64,000 bases of DNA from Schizosaccharomyces osmophilus (lineage: Eukaryota), in contig NC_079238.1 of NCBI RefSeq assembly GCF_027921745.1, forward strand, positions 1,178,001 through 1,242,000. The letters run 5' to 3'. Below the pieces are notes generated by a model. That model did no database searches, was not told where the DNA came from, and saw nothing but the letters and a program-made list of their open reading frames with translations. Every line of letters starts with the position of its first letter. Positions within the stretch are counted from its first letter, which is position 1. The translations under genes and the position numbers were made by a program. Shown piece after piece: positions 45,329-57,149 of this stretch.

Positions 45329-48300
45329 ATGCAGAAAACTCATATTGAACCTGTCGTGTTTTATCAGTGGACAGCAAGGGCCATTATTATGCTCTCTGCA
45401 GTCCGCAGCAGAAGAAATTCTAAACAACTGGATAGAGAAAGCGGGTTACTAGAGCAGATACGCGACAACTTGTCCCTGGCAATGGCCGATTGCCGCGAAG
45501 GAATTCCTCCTATCAAGATTCCTGGGTCTTATTTTCATCAGGCTTATAATAAGTTATCCCAACATCCTTTTGTAAAGCTACCTTCATCTTGTGATTCGTC
45601 AAATGACCTTTTTTTCCGAATTGGTATTAGTTCCTTCCTGAATCGACTTTTCCAGTCTGATGATGAAGAGATGGAACTTCTTGCCAGTCATGACAACCTT
45701 GATGATCTTGTTTTACATTTATTCAACATTATGTCTTCTCATTACTTTTCAGTTGAATTCACGTCTGTCAAATTCCTCATACAGTCTTCACAATGGCTGT
45801 TCTATACTTTGGCAGAGTGTGCAGATGAAGAATTGGAAGACCCTGAAAATGCATCTCTTTATAGATTCCTAAGTTTTTTGGCTGAATGTTGGCCTATATA
45901 CGAAAAAAACTGTACTCTCAGTAGACATTTGTTTTTGCTAGGTGACTTCTCTCTCATTAGTTACATTAAGTTTATGTGCGGCGTTTTCAATTTCGCAAAC
46001 TATGATGCTTTTATTTCGGAAGTTGAAAATTTGCTACCAGAGAACGTTCCCCTGGCCGCTGTCTCAGACATTCAGATATCCAAGTACCGTGCTGTTAATG
46101 ATAAAGCAGAAATGAAACTTGAAGACTTTGCTGATCATTTTGCCTACGAAGCTTATGTGGACAGAGAATGTGTTTATGCTGAAAACGTAACAAGTAGGAT
46201 TTTTGATAATTATCCAGACTTGGCTGGATTATTTGGTGCGTCGCGCTTATCGGATATGGATGATACTATTCTGACCACCATTCAAAAATCCAATCTTTAT
46301 AGTTTGCGTCCTGATGATTGTACCATATATCTATATCGCCTTATCGAGTCTTGTTTTGATTACTGTCACAATGAAGGTAGTGGTTTTAATAATAATGTCT
46401 TATGGAGTGTACTACGAAGTTTTTTTAATGCATGGCGCATTCACCCAGGAACTGGCTGTTGTATTGTTTTAGACGTTTTGCGGAAGTTTGTCGAAGAAAA
46501 TATATTAAAGTTTTCTCAAATGCGTGATCTATTTCATGCACTTTTTGTTCTTATTCGTGATTGTGATTATTCTACTTGGACCATTCGTGATTCTCAGCAA
46601 TATTCTGAGCTATTGTATTACTATCACCGTAAAGCGCTAAGCGAGTTAGTTGAAACTCTTGGTTTTTGCCCTCGTTCCTCTGAAGTGTCACGGCTTATAT
46701 TGGACATCATGAACAATTACATTTTCTGCAATCCTCTGTTTACTAAAAATCAGAATGACTTGAACGATGTTTATAATAGTTTCTTTTCTGATTTGCGATT
46801 GAAATTTTCTGAATTTTTTTCTAAACTCGTAAATCAAGAGTTAGCAGGAGATCCGGAAACAGATTTGGTAGGATTACGAGTAGTTGGTATGCAATTGCAA
46901 GCTACGCACGAAACTCTGAAAGCTAATTTCAAAACGAAAATTTTTAATCAACTGCTAGTCGCGGATGTCTTTGCTGAAGTTACTCTTGATTTATATTTTG
47001 AAAAATTACCTACTTTAATGAAGAAATATGTTAACATTCCTTCTTCTGAAATATCGGAAACCAGTATCGACCGAATCAACTCTCTTTACAAGCAATCACG
47101 AGATATTGTAACGAGCATGAATAAATCCTCTCTCAATTATCCAGAGTTCTATCGCTATTTTAGTGTTGAATTTGTTTATCGAAACTTAAGCATCATTATC
47201 GAAAAGGCTATTGCTAGTATTGTACCGGTTATAGTCCAGGAATCTTTCCTTCCACAGCAGGCAAGATTTTGCTCGGAGTCGTCAAAGACAATTTTGGATC
47301 CACTCCAAGAGTCTTTTGATTTTTTACAAAAGATAGATTGGCCGGATGATGGGGAAGTATACAAGTTTTATATTCACATTGGGAAATTAATCGAGAAACT
47401 AATTCACCACTATGTGAATTGTCTTCAAATCCTGTACTTTGCAAACATTGATGATAATATTTTTAATCCTATGAAAGGTCAACATTTTGAGGGCATTCCC
47501 GTGGATAAGCTCAAGGAAAAAGCCAATAGTCTGCATAAACATTACGACAAGCCAAGTTCATTTCAAGTATATGAAGAATCCTTGACTCTAATCAACACAG
47601 TGCGATTGGTGAAAGACTGGATGATGGTATTAAACCAACGGCTGGATCATAAAATTATAGAGGAAAAGTCTTTACCGTACAAGCATGCAGAGTCAGTGAA
47701 CTGCAAATTTGTGTTTTCAGTCTTAGCGGCTCATATTATGGTCCCTATAGATGCACCCTTTGAATATTATGTTGTGCTTCAAGATGAGAAGTCAGAATTT
47801 TCAAGACAAACCCATTCTGTTCGGGATGCAATTTTGCCTACATGGAAAGAAATGATGGAATTGAGAATTAAAGGGCGGAAATGTTATAAAATAGCGCTTT
47901 TTCAGAAGAATTACGAAACAGGCTCAAAGGAAATATATGGCTGTGCAAATGTAGAAATTGATCCTGAAAAGTTCAAAAAGGAGCATGATAAGACTATGTG
48001 GGTCGATCTGAATGAAGGTGGACGGGTTTTACTTAAAGAACAGGTGCTCATAATACGAGAAAGCCCAGGCTTTTATTATTCGAGTTTGGTCGATTTCCTT
48101 TCCGTTTCTGAAGAAAAAATGTTGAATGCAATGTCTGCAGGGTTAATCACATTCATTCGTGGGTTTATGGAACGAGGAGGCTTATTCAAGCTTGTTCGAT
48201 ACTTGAATGAGGAAGGAGAACCAGAGCGGTCAAATCCGGAAGAGGACCCAGATTATAAAACTGTGGCAGAACGAGAACAACAAGGTCTACTTGCCGAAAT

Positions 48301-48640
48301 GGATGAAGTGTTTTACTGGTTTTATGTGAACATGTTGCCCAAACCACTATTTATTTTGCTATCACGGTTATGGTTTAATCTTGTGGAAATCATCCGAGAT
48401 ATTTTGATTCCTGTGACTTCAAAGTCACCAGCGTTGCAGAGGATACCGTTAAACCGCAAAGAGCTTCGGGTTGTCTACTCATGGCTCAATTTGTTTTATG
48501 ATTTCTTCCAAAACTTTCGGGACATTGTTCCTCTTGATTTTCTCAACACAGATGATTACAAGAGTGTGAAATCCCTTAAGGACTATTACTTTGTAAAAGG
48601 TCATGCTATGGATGATGATGACGATGACGACGACTTGTAG
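45329..48640 (+). CDS. git1: C2/MUN-domain glucose-cAMP signalling protein Git1
   Basis: First ATG at 45329 (1103 aa). Helical MUN-like body and C2-like segment (YYVVL..QTHSVRDAILPTWKE). The assignment relies mainly on synteny with SPBC21C3.20c. Confidence 0.75.
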   Translation: MQKTHIEPVVFYQWTARAIIMLSAVRSRRNSKQLDRESGLLEQIRDNLSLAMADCREGIPPIKIPGSYFHQAYNKLSQHPFVKLPSSCDSSNDLFFRIGISSFLNRLFQSDDEEMELLASHDNLDDLVLHLFNIMSSHYFSVEFTSVKFLIQSSQWLFYTLAECADEELEDPENASLYRFLSFLAECWPIYEKNCTLSRHLFLLGDFSLISYIKFMCGVFNFANYDAFISEVENLLPENVPLAAVSDIQISKYRAVNDKAEMKLEDFADHFAYEAYVDRECVYAENVTSRIFDNYPDLAGLFGASRLSDMDDTILTTIQKSNLYSLRPDDCTIYLYRLIESCFDYCHNEGSGFNNNVLWSVLRSFFNAWRIHPGTGCCIVLDVLRKFVEENILKFSQMRDLFHALFVLIRDCDYSTWTIRDSQQYSELLYYYHRKALSELVETLGFCPRSSEVSRLILDIMNNYIFCNPLFTKNQNDLNDVYNSFFSDLRLKFSEFFSKLVNQELAGDPETDLVGLRVVGMQLQATHETLKANFKTKIFNQLLVADVFAEVTLDLYFEKLPTLMKKYVNIPSSEISETSIDRINSLYKQSRDIVTSMNKSSLNYPEFYRYFSVEFVYRNLSIIIEKAIASIVPVIVQESFLPQQARFCSESSKTILDPLQESFDFLQKIDWPDDGEVYKFYIHIGKLIEKLIHHYVNCLQILYFANIDDNIFNPMKGQHFEGIPVDKLKEKANSLHKHYDKPSSFQVYEESLTLINTVRLVKDWMMVLNQRLDHKIIEEKSLPYKHAESVNCKFVFSVLAAHIMVPIDAPFEYYVVLQDEKSEFSRQTHSVRDAILPTWKEMMELRIKGRKCYKIALFQKNYETGSKEIYGCANVEIDPEKFKKEHDKTMWVDLNEGGRVLLKEQVLIIRESPGFYYSSLVDFLSVSEEKMLNAMSAGLITFIRGFMERGGLFKLVRYLNEEGEPERSNPEEDPDYKTVAEREQQGLLAEMDEVFYWFYVNMLPKPLFILLSRLWFNLVEIIRDILIPVTSKSPALQRIPLNRKELRVVYSWLNLFYDFFQNFRDIVPLDFLNTDDYKSVKSLKDYYFVKGHAMDDDDDDDDL

Positions 48641-49357
48641 AGACTCAAATGTACGGTTGTGGTGTTGTTTTTCGTGGTGAAATAATTTGGATGTTATCCA
48701 AAAGGAAGGCAGGGCTTGGATAAGGATATAAAGATATAAATATGAAATGATATAAAGGTTGGTTCGAATGAAATTGTATTTGGTATCTAGCTAGGTTACT
48801 AGGTTTGGATATTGAGCATAACTAACAAAATGAACGTACGGGGATTCCAATTCATACATACATGGAATTATATTTCTTTCTCGACTTTGAACAAGACATT
48901 TTGTATCCGTCGACTTTTGTTAGACTTGAACTCGCTCGCTCTCTTTGTATATGAAATCGTGCTGGAAAAAGCACGTCTGTTTTAATGGACATTATCTTCA
49001 CTAGCCTTCCTCACTTTTACAACCTTTTTATTCTTTTGAACCAAAACGACTTTTTATTCATTTCTATTCATAAAACACTCGTAAATTTTCGTCATTAAAC
49101 TGTTACTCATATACAGACGCATATTAATGCAAAGCAAGACGAGAATGCATCCCTTGGATTCTGAAATTCTTCAGAAAGGATGATTAAAATCAACACACTC
49201 TTCTTTTCGTTTATATCCTTGTGCATGAAAAGGCAATGGCCACAAATAGAATAGGGGTATATTACAGATGGAATCTGATCTTAACCCATCAAAACATCGA
49301 TAGCATTCGATGGCTCGTGGAATCCTTCTAATTGTTTCCCAATACGGAGTCTCATGT

Positions 49358-49669
49358 TTAGAATTGCTTCACACCCTGGTGTTGACGATGAGGAGTGATC
49401 TTGCCTTCGGAAAGGATCTTGGAGCAGACATCAACGTCCTTACTAGTACCGAAAGCGTTTTCGAGTTCCAACTTGGAGGCCTTTGAAAGCTCACCTTCAC
49501 TTCCCTTGTTCAAGGAAAAGACTTGGAAAGAGTCAACCACCTGGGTCAAAGGGATGGTCTTGTCAGAGCGCCAGTTGTTCACATCGTTTTGGCTAGCAGC
49601 AATAATGACGAAGGAAGCAGCGTCGGTTTGGTAGAAAACGCGAGTTTGATTAGCAGGTCCACTAGACAT
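49358..49669 (-). CDS. rtc3: SBDS N-terminal-like small stress protein Rtc3
   Basis: 103 aa; WRSDKTIPLTQVVDSFQVF and ASKLELENAFGT..ILSEG match the Rtc3/SBDS fold. Confidence 0.9.
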   Translation of the reverse strand: MSSGPANQTRVFYQTDAASFVIIAASQNDVNNWRSDKTIPLTQVVDSFQVFSLNKGSEGELSKASKLELENAFGTSKDVDVCSKILSEGKITPHRQHQGVKQF

Positions 49670-49834
49670 GTTGTTTAAATAGTTACAATAACTTCAAAGG
49701 TCTAAATAAACCGATAAATGCAGAAATTCGTTAAAAGAGTGAGCGCTTTGTAATAGTAATCTTTCCTTTTTTATGAGGATATTACTACTTAAATTCAATG
49801 GTTTGAATGATGCTGAAACACGGGAGAATTGCCC

Positions 49835-50134
49835 TTTATATACTTTGCTCAGAGCATCTTCCATAATTCCATCGATGGAAGTATACGTAATAAAAATTAC
49901 GTCACACTTGCGTTTGCTGAGGTTCGTTTTAGAAGCGAGGAATGACAACACATAGACCAAGGTACGTAGGAGAAAAGAAAAGAAGCTTCCCAACTTTTTA
50001 CCGAGACGAAACATGACGTCAAGTGTAAACAACAGAAAAAAGAAAATTCAAGAAACACACTCCTGCAAAGGAATGGAAAATCAAAATTACTAGAGGCTTG
50101 TTTGCTTGTCTATTTGGTTTGTTTGTTTGTTTAC
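49835..50134 (-). promoter_or_regulatory. rtc3 promoter: TATA, ATF/CRE sites and forkhead sites
   Basis: TATATAAA (minus) 49835-49842; TGACGTAA (minus) 49897-49904; ATGACGTCA 50013-50021; GTAAACA 50025-50031; GTAAACAAACA (minus) 50124-50134. Confidence 0.65.
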
Positions 50135-50364
50135 GTGAAAATATGGGGGAATAAAAGAATGCTTGTTATTAAAATGCAGATTACTGATACAGAGTTTCAT
50201 TTCGCTAGTCATAAAATGGAGAGAATTCGTGTTTAATGGAGAATGAGAATACCCAAATGAAAAGGAAAAGGACGATGGATGGACGGACGGATGGGTCGAT
50301 GGGTCGATACTCTCTCGTCGTTCTCGTTTGACAGGTCCCGTCGGTTGGTGTGAGTTGATTTGTC

Positions 50365-51763
50365 TTATGGGTATGTCATTCGGTGCATGCCTGCCACTTT
50401 GAAAAAGTCATGTTCCAAAGCAGCTTCAGCGCTAAGTCGCTTCGATGCTGTATGAGATTTGTTAGCTTTTTGAATTTGCTAATGTAGGGTCTTGAAACTT
50501 ACGCTGTAACTCGAGCAACTTGTCCAGCAAGTCAATGACAAGAGCAACTTCATATCCGGCACTCACATCCAGTAAAGAGTTTTCGTCGCTTTTTGTGATG
50601 CTGCCAATCAGATCGAGCCAGTTATGCTTTTGATCTTGCACTGTTGTGAGATTGTCAGACCAGATTTGTCCTAGTCAAGAATTAGTGAACCATGAACCCT
50701 TTTTTCAAATGAAGAGATGCCAACTTCTTTTTCTTTTTTATTTTCGCTTTCCTTTTTATTCTTACTTACCATGCAACAAGGCACATCTGGACATTTGATT
50801 TCTCCCAAAAATGTGTGCGAGCTCAACAATGGCATCGATGTCGTCCTCACATCGGAAAAAAGGGTATCTTCGAGTCAGAAAACACAGGAGAATTACTCCC
50901 ACTGACCAAACATCAATAATGGATGTTTGGTATTGGCAACGAAATAGCACTTCTGGAGCCCTGAATCCCCGTGTGCCTGCCCGATCAGCTCTCTTGGTAG
51001 GGCGAGGATCGTGAACTAGATATCCGTCGGACGGATCTGCGATGGTCTTCTCAAAGGGATAAAAGTCATAATACTTGCCGTCCTGCTTTAGTTTTCGTAA
51101 TCGGTCAATGCAGCAGTTCTCGGAAGGCGTATCTGCCACCTGCCATTGAGCAAGTCCAAAGTCAAGAATCACTCCCCTTTGAGTATATGGATTCCATGCA
51201 AAATTTCCGGGTTTGATGTCTCGGTGGATAATTCCTTTGGAAGCGATGTGTGCAAGTCCTTTCAGTAGGTCCTGTAGGTAGGTAGCAATTTCGGGCAGTG
51301 TGTACTTCATGTAAAAGTCTCGGAATTCTGCATGTTGGATAAATGGAAGCACTATTAATACTTGATCTTGATGTCGGACAGCGGTAATCATGTTGAGGAC
51401 GCATTCACTGCCACGAAGCTCATGAAGCATTTCCAGCTCCGTCTGGATGCGGGATGGCAAAACCGTTGCATATACTCTTTTAATGGCAACAAATTGCTGT
51501 CGTAAGCGCTTTCCCTTTTCGTGTCCATTTTGATTTTCTATTTGCGAAGTAATCCAATACGAATTGTCGTAGCTATCAAAGTGTCTATCAATAGCTTTAA
51601 ACACACTGCTAAAGCTACCAGCTCCTACGAGCTTTACAACATGGTAATCCTCTTCAATGCTTGGAAATGCTTGTACAAGCTTTGCAATTTCAGGCAAGTC
51701 TTCCCGATCAACATCATTAGCGTAAATGCCGGTATTTCCAAACGGTAATAGCATAGAAAGCAT
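50365..51763 (-). CDS. spo4: Meiosis-specific Cdc7-like serine/threonine kinase, 3 exons
   Basis: Exons 51763-50770, 50670-50503 and 50447-50365, with GTAAGT donors. Motifs GAGSFSSV, VAIK, HRDIKPGN, DFGLA, RAGTRGFRAPEVL and RLSAEAALEHDFF. Confidence 0.93.
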
Positions 51764-51843
51764 TATTTCTGCTTATGTTTATTATATTATATTTGTGTTT
51801 GGCTGTGTACAAGCTTGGTTCGCTTCTCTTTTTATACATGCAT

Positions 51844-51854
51844 TGTTTGTTTAC
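51844..51854 (-). promoter_or_regulatory. FLEX element (Mei4 forkhead site) upstream of spo4
   Basis: GTAAACAAACA on the minus strand, about 80 nt upstream of the ATG; fits a middle-meiotic gene. Confidence 0.75.
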
Positions 51855-53043
51855 ATTTGAGTCGGTCTTTTCCCTAACCCAAACAAACACCATGTCCTTC
51901 ATTTTCATCACCATTGGTCAAAATTTTTTAGGAATCATGATTTTTTAAATCTATATCGAAAAGTTCGATGCATCTCTTCCCCATTTTGAAGCCTGTACTC
52001 GTTTCTGTTTGTTTTCTTTCCGACCCAAAAATCTAAATTTCCAAAGAGATTTTTCGAAATTCCTTTTTTCTTTTTTCTCTTTTTTTTTGTTTTAGCTTTC
52101 TTCAAATCGCTTCAACGACTGGTTTTGGATGGTCGAAACCAACGGTCGAACATTTGGGTCAGACTAACCTGCAAAAAGGAATGATTTCGAAGCATTCATG
52201 ACCATACTTTTACAATTTCTATTTCAATTTTATTTTCTTCTCTACTCGTGCATTTTTTCTTTTCTTCAACCTTTGATTTCATCCAACCCAAGTTTGTTTA
52301 TTTACTATTAAAGATGTTGTAGCTCAGTAACCCATTTTGGTAAAAAAACCATTGTATTCATGGGACAGATGGGTTTAATGTCTATCTTTTCTTTTTCTTT
52401 TTCATTTCTATTGAAATGAAAACCTGAAATTGGAAAGCTTCGAGTTGCTTGCTGTTGTTGTTATTTTTTATTTTTATATTTTTCAAGAAAAGGAAATGTT
52501 TATGGCTTTGGGATTTGCTAGAGCAAATGAAGGACTTTAGCATGAATGGGTTGGATCTGCTTAAACGATTTCTTAGAAGTTGTTCGATTCATTTCCGGTG
52601 GACTGGGCTCCTGCTGAAGGAGAAAATTCAACTCTGTGTCCATACTAAAAAGAGCTCCATTGATTTGCCAAGGAGTGTTTTTTTTTTGGAAATTCTAAAA
52701 GAATTGTAATAAGAACAGTTTCAGATTTCCTGAAATCATTAAATTCACCCATAGCTATTGTTGGTTTGCCTTGGGATAACTTATTGATCGTTCGTCAAAA
52801 AGACGAGCAGTTTTTTCTTTTTTTTAGATTACTATATTTTGTTTTACAATTCAAATAATATCCATACTGTATTCGCTGAAGAAACATTTACGAGTGGGTA
52901 CTTGAATGTAATGATTCCCTCTACAACTTCTTTCTTTCCCATATCTCCAAACAAACAAATTGGAAGCATTGGCTTATTTGTTTATGCATTGGTAGGACTT
53001 TCATTTTCTTTTTGTTTAATCAACTTATAAATATTGGGAAATC

Positions 53044-53693
53044 ATGATGAAGTCTACTCTCTTTCTATCTCTGTTTTCCGTAGTGTTTTTGGCTTTCGCT
53101 TCCATTGCTCGAGCAGATGTGGAATTGTTGACCCCAGGCTCAGGTAATGCAATTATAAATTGTCTAAATGCTATGCATTTAGTTCAATACCCATTCCAAA
53201 AGAATATAGACTAACGCTTTCATCTTTAGGGTCTCGATGGGCAGTTGGCTATACGTATGCTGTGCGATGGAAACAGCCAGCAGAAGAATTTTTAGAAGTC
53301 GCACTTGAAAACAAGGATCAAAACAATACCGTTATTACAAGTAGCGGGATTATCCCCTCGAACCAAACATTTTGGTTTGTCAAAATCGATAAAAAATGGT
53401 TGAATAAACAAGATAACAAGACAACCCGCATCGTTGTCGCTCCGCAAAACGGCGAAAAAACAAAAGTACAGGTTGGTCCAGAGATCCTTTTGTCCTCATC
53501 TTTCTATTGGATGCACGTTGTTGACAAAGCAGCATTTGACTATAATCCCATAGACAAGCGACTAGCCATAGGAATTTCAGTTGCTTTAACCTGTAGTATT
53601 TTGTTGATATTAGTGATTCACATCAGTACTCGGAAAACTCGAAGAATTCTTGCGAGTGAACGGAAGAACCAACTGTCTACGTTTCGTGGATAG
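53044..53693 (+). CDS. Small type I membrane/cell-surface protein (signal peptide plus C-terminal TM), 2 exons
   Basis: Exons 53044-53143 (MMKSTLFLSLFSVVFLAFASIARA signal peptide) and 53230-53693; intron GTAATG..CTAAC..TAG. TM LAIGISVALTCSILLILVIHI followed by a basic tail. Syntenic with SPBC21C3.17c. Confidence 0.85.
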
Positions 53694-54274
53694 TGATCCA
53701 CTCTTCAGCAGCAAAAGACAATTGTGTTTTATTAAGAAATTATTTTAGGCCATTGAACGTTTATTTTTTTTCAAAAGGTCTTGGGGAATTTGGACCTTTT
53801 GTTTCAACTGAAATGTTCAGTATAAGGTACTATCCTTAAATGGGGTTCAAACAAGAAAACTACGTAGTTTTTTAAAACGTATATTGCTTTCTTTTCGTGT
53901 TTCGACTGTCTTTTTTAAAATGTTGCTCTCCTTACTCACGCACTCAAATGTATGCTGACCAGACCATTTGTCAAGTCATCAAGAACGAGTGTACGATGGA
54001 TTCTTTCCTTCTTTATCTATTTATCGAGTAAAAAAGTTGCTCTGCCTAATCCTAGTTTTAAAAATATTGAGATGCTGTCACTGACGGGGGGAACCTTAGA
54101 ATCGAGAAATACTGTATTTTCCTTCACTCTCATTTTCTTTTTTCATTATATTTCAAGTTTTATTCATTTTTATTATAGTCTACGGGCGTTTTTACCTAGC
54201 ACTAATTTCTAGTATTCACCATAGATTCTATGTGACCATAACCAACACCCAGCAATTGAATTCACCTCAGAAAG

Positions 54275-54592
54275 ATGGACAAATTGAGTCGTTCTCGTTC
54301 TAGAGCATGCTTAATATGTGGAATTGTACTTCCTCATAATGTTTTCGCGAATAAAGGTTGTCCAAATGACGGTGTTGACGACGTGGAAACGTTTACTTCT
54401 CCTGTCTTTGAAGGCATCATGGCAATGATGGTACCTACAGAATCATGGGTCGCTAGATGGCAGAGGATCGATAATTTCACTCCAGGAATCTATGCAACAC
54501 GCGTCCAAGGCGTTCTTAACGACGACATAGTTGAATCTTTGCGTCGTCGGGGTATTAACTACAGGCCACGCAATGGTACACCATGGGATTAA
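54275..54592 (+). CDS. spt4: DSIF transcription elongation factor subunit Spt4
   Basis: 105 aa with RACLIC, TSPVFEG, SWVARWQRI and PGIYA. Confidence 0.96.
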   Translation: MDKLSRSRSRACLICGIVLPHNVFANKGCPNDGVDDVETFTSPVFEGIMAMMVPTESWVARWQRIDNFTPGIYATRVQGVLNDDIVESLRRRGINYRPRNGTPWD

Positions 54593-55080
54593 TTCGGTTT
54601 AAAAACAAATGCGTACATTTCACAACATATCTTTTTGAATGCCCTCATATCTCCTCGTTTTCCACAAACATTATCCTTTTTTCTCTTTTTTTTTCATTTT
54701 GACGGCTAACTCGTTCCTCCTCCTTATAACCACGATATATCATTTACCGTATATTATCTTATTTTTGTTAGTTGATTTTACGATGTCGTTGTATCTCTTA
54801 ACTTGGTTGAAAAGGTCGACTGATTATTATGGTACTGCTTCCTCCTCAAAATATTGTGTTGTCCATTTTCGGGCATCTGCCACTTAGGACTTGCGTTTTC
54901 TTGCTTTTGTGTTCTATAACTCGGCCCAGCTTTACTTGCTACATTCTCTTTTTGCGCTTTGTCCTTGGTAACGTTCGTTTTCGCCATCGCCCTCGTTTGA
55001 AGTTCATTGCTTGTTCCTGACGCGACTTTTTTTTTATTACAATCCTATCGATTACTTGCATTTGTCGATTGCTATCAAGA

Positions 55081-56652
55081 ATGGATGAAAAATTTATAAC
55101 GTGTCATTGCCCTGGAGATGGTTCTTTACTCGGACGCGTCGATCTTCATCAGCCTGGCGACATTGACCGATCAATTCGCTTGGCCGAGGAGGCACAGAGA
55201 TCGTGGAAGAAAACATCATTTCAGGAAAGAAAAAGGTTTCTGCTAGCATTGAAAAAAAACATCTTGAAAAATCAAGATAAGTATGCAGAGATCGCTTGCA
55301 AAGATACGGGTAAAACACTTGTCGATGCTGCATTTGGAGAGATTTTGGTTACGTTGGAGAAAATCAATTGGACAGTAAAGAATGGTGAACAATCGCTTCG
55401 TCCTACAAAGCGACCTACTTCTCTTCTTACTTCCTATAAACATGGTTATGTCCACTACGAGCCTATTGGTGTGATAGCTGCTCTTGTAAGTTGGAACTAC
55501 CCTTTGCATAATGCCCTTGGTCCCATTATTTCTGCTCTTTTCGCAGGAAACGCCATCGTTGTCAAAGGAAGTGAATTAACTGCTTGGTCTACCCACCAGT
55601 ATTGTGAAATAGTTCGCCAATTACTAAAGTCTCTTGGTCATAACCCTGACTTAGTTCAGTGTACCACCTGTCTTCCAAGGGTAGCTGATTATTTGACAAG
55701 CCATCCAGGACTTCGTCATATAACCTTTATTGGTTCCCAATCAGTTGCCAAACTAGTCGCCGCCTCTGCTGCTAAACAGCTGACACCGCTTTGTCTGGAG
55801 CTCGGTGGTAAAGATCCTTGTATCCTTAACGATGATCATCGTCTAGACGAAGTCCTTTCTATTGTCATGCGTGGTGTATTTCAAAGTGCTGGTCAGAATT
55901 GCATTGGTATTGAACGAATCATTGCCTTAGATGCCATATATGACGCCGTTATCACGAGGTTATACAACCGAATTGCTCCCATGCGGCTTGGAATGTATAT
56001 GCAGAAAGACGTAGATATGGGGGCAATGGTTTCCAATAACCGTTTTGATCATCTTGAAGAATTAATCCAAGATGCTGTGAAGCAAGGCGCTCGTTTGATT
56101 TGCGGTGGTAGCCGTTACCGACATCCGAAGTATCCAAATGGTTTCTACTTTCTACCGACTTTACTTGTAGATGTAAGGAACGAGATGAAGATTGCTCAAG
56201 AAGAATGCTTTGCTCCTATTGCTTGCGTCTTTCGTGCTAAGAATCAAGAACATGCTCTAGAGATTGCAAATGGCACTAACTTTGGTTTGGGCGCTTCTGT
56301 TTTCAGTAAAGACAAGGAAATATGTGGATACTACGTTGAAAACTTGGAAAGCGGTATGGTCGCTGTGAATGATTTTGGTGCGTTTTATTTACTGCAAATG
56401 CCTTTTGGTGGCTGTAAACAGAGCGGTTATGGACGATTCGCCGGATATGAAGGTCTTCAAGGAATTTGTAATTCTAAATCTGTTGCATTCGATCGCTTCA
56501 AATCAATCCATACCGGTATTCCACCGGCTGTTGACTACCCCATTCCTGATTCCCAAAAAGCGTGGCAGTTTATTCGAGGCTTGGTGGGCACTGTCTATGG
56601 TGCATGGATTGGACTTTTGCCAAACGTTTATAAGCTTATACGAAATTCCTAA
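55081..56652 (+). CDS. Aldehyde dehydrogenase, Msc7/ALDH22-like
   Basis: First ATG at 55081. VSWNYP, TFIGS, LELGGKD (catalytic Glu), AGQNCIG (catalytic Cys), EECFAP and PFGG.K.SGYGRF. Confidence 0.9.
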   Translation: MDEKFITCHCPGDGSLLGRVDLHQPGDIDRSIRLAEEAQRSWKKTSFQERKRFLLALKKNILKNQDKYAEIACKDTGKTLVDAAFGEILVTLEKINWTVKNGEQSLRPTKRPTSLLTSYKHGYVHYEPIGVIAALVSWNYPLHNALGPIISALFAGNAIVVKGSELTAWSTHQYCEIVRQLLKSLGHNPDLVQCTTCLPRVADYLTSHPGLRHITFIGSQSVAKLVAASAAKQLTPLCLELGGKDPCILNDDHRLDEVLSIVMRGVFQSAGQNCIGIERIIALDAIYDAVITRLYNRIAPMRLGMYMQKDVDMGAMVSNNRFDHLEELIQDAVKQGARLICGGSRYRHPKYPNGFYFLPTLLVDVRNEMKIAQEECFAPIACVFRAKNQEHALEIANGTNFGLGASVFSKDKEICGYYVENLESGMVAVNDFGAFYLLQMPFGGCKQSGYGRFAGYEGLQGICNSKSVAFDRFKSIHTGIPPAVDYPIPDSQKAWQFIRGLVGTVYGAWIGLLPNVYKLIRNS

Positions 56653-57149
56653 AATACTCTTCCGTTAATTATGAAACCGTTCCTTATGAAAGTCCCACCA
56701 TGTATCTGGTAATTTACTTTTTTAATCGGACAGAGCCATATATGAATCTTTTCCTTATCTTATTTTTAGACATGCCTAATTAGAAGACGTCTGTCTTGTA
56801 TTGTTATTATCGTACTTTACTCATCAACAAAATTTAGAGAAATATCAAGCCCTTTAGATTCTTACATAGAAAATATATCTTTCAAATTCTTCCAACATAC
56901 TTTATAAATTCATAAAACCAATATCAGTAGCTAAATTAAGCTTGGTGTTACATAAATATTGAGTGTCCAACGTGCCTCAACTGCACTTACTACCTGCAAA
57001 CTATTCGATAGTAGTAAAAAAGTCCGCTGCTTGGTTTTATTGCAGAGAAGTATTCATTTTCTTTGTCATTTCATTTTAATTTTCTTTTGCTCTTGTAAGA
57101 AAAGCTTTCAGCCAGCGATTAGTTTTATAATAGGGAATCCACCGACGGC

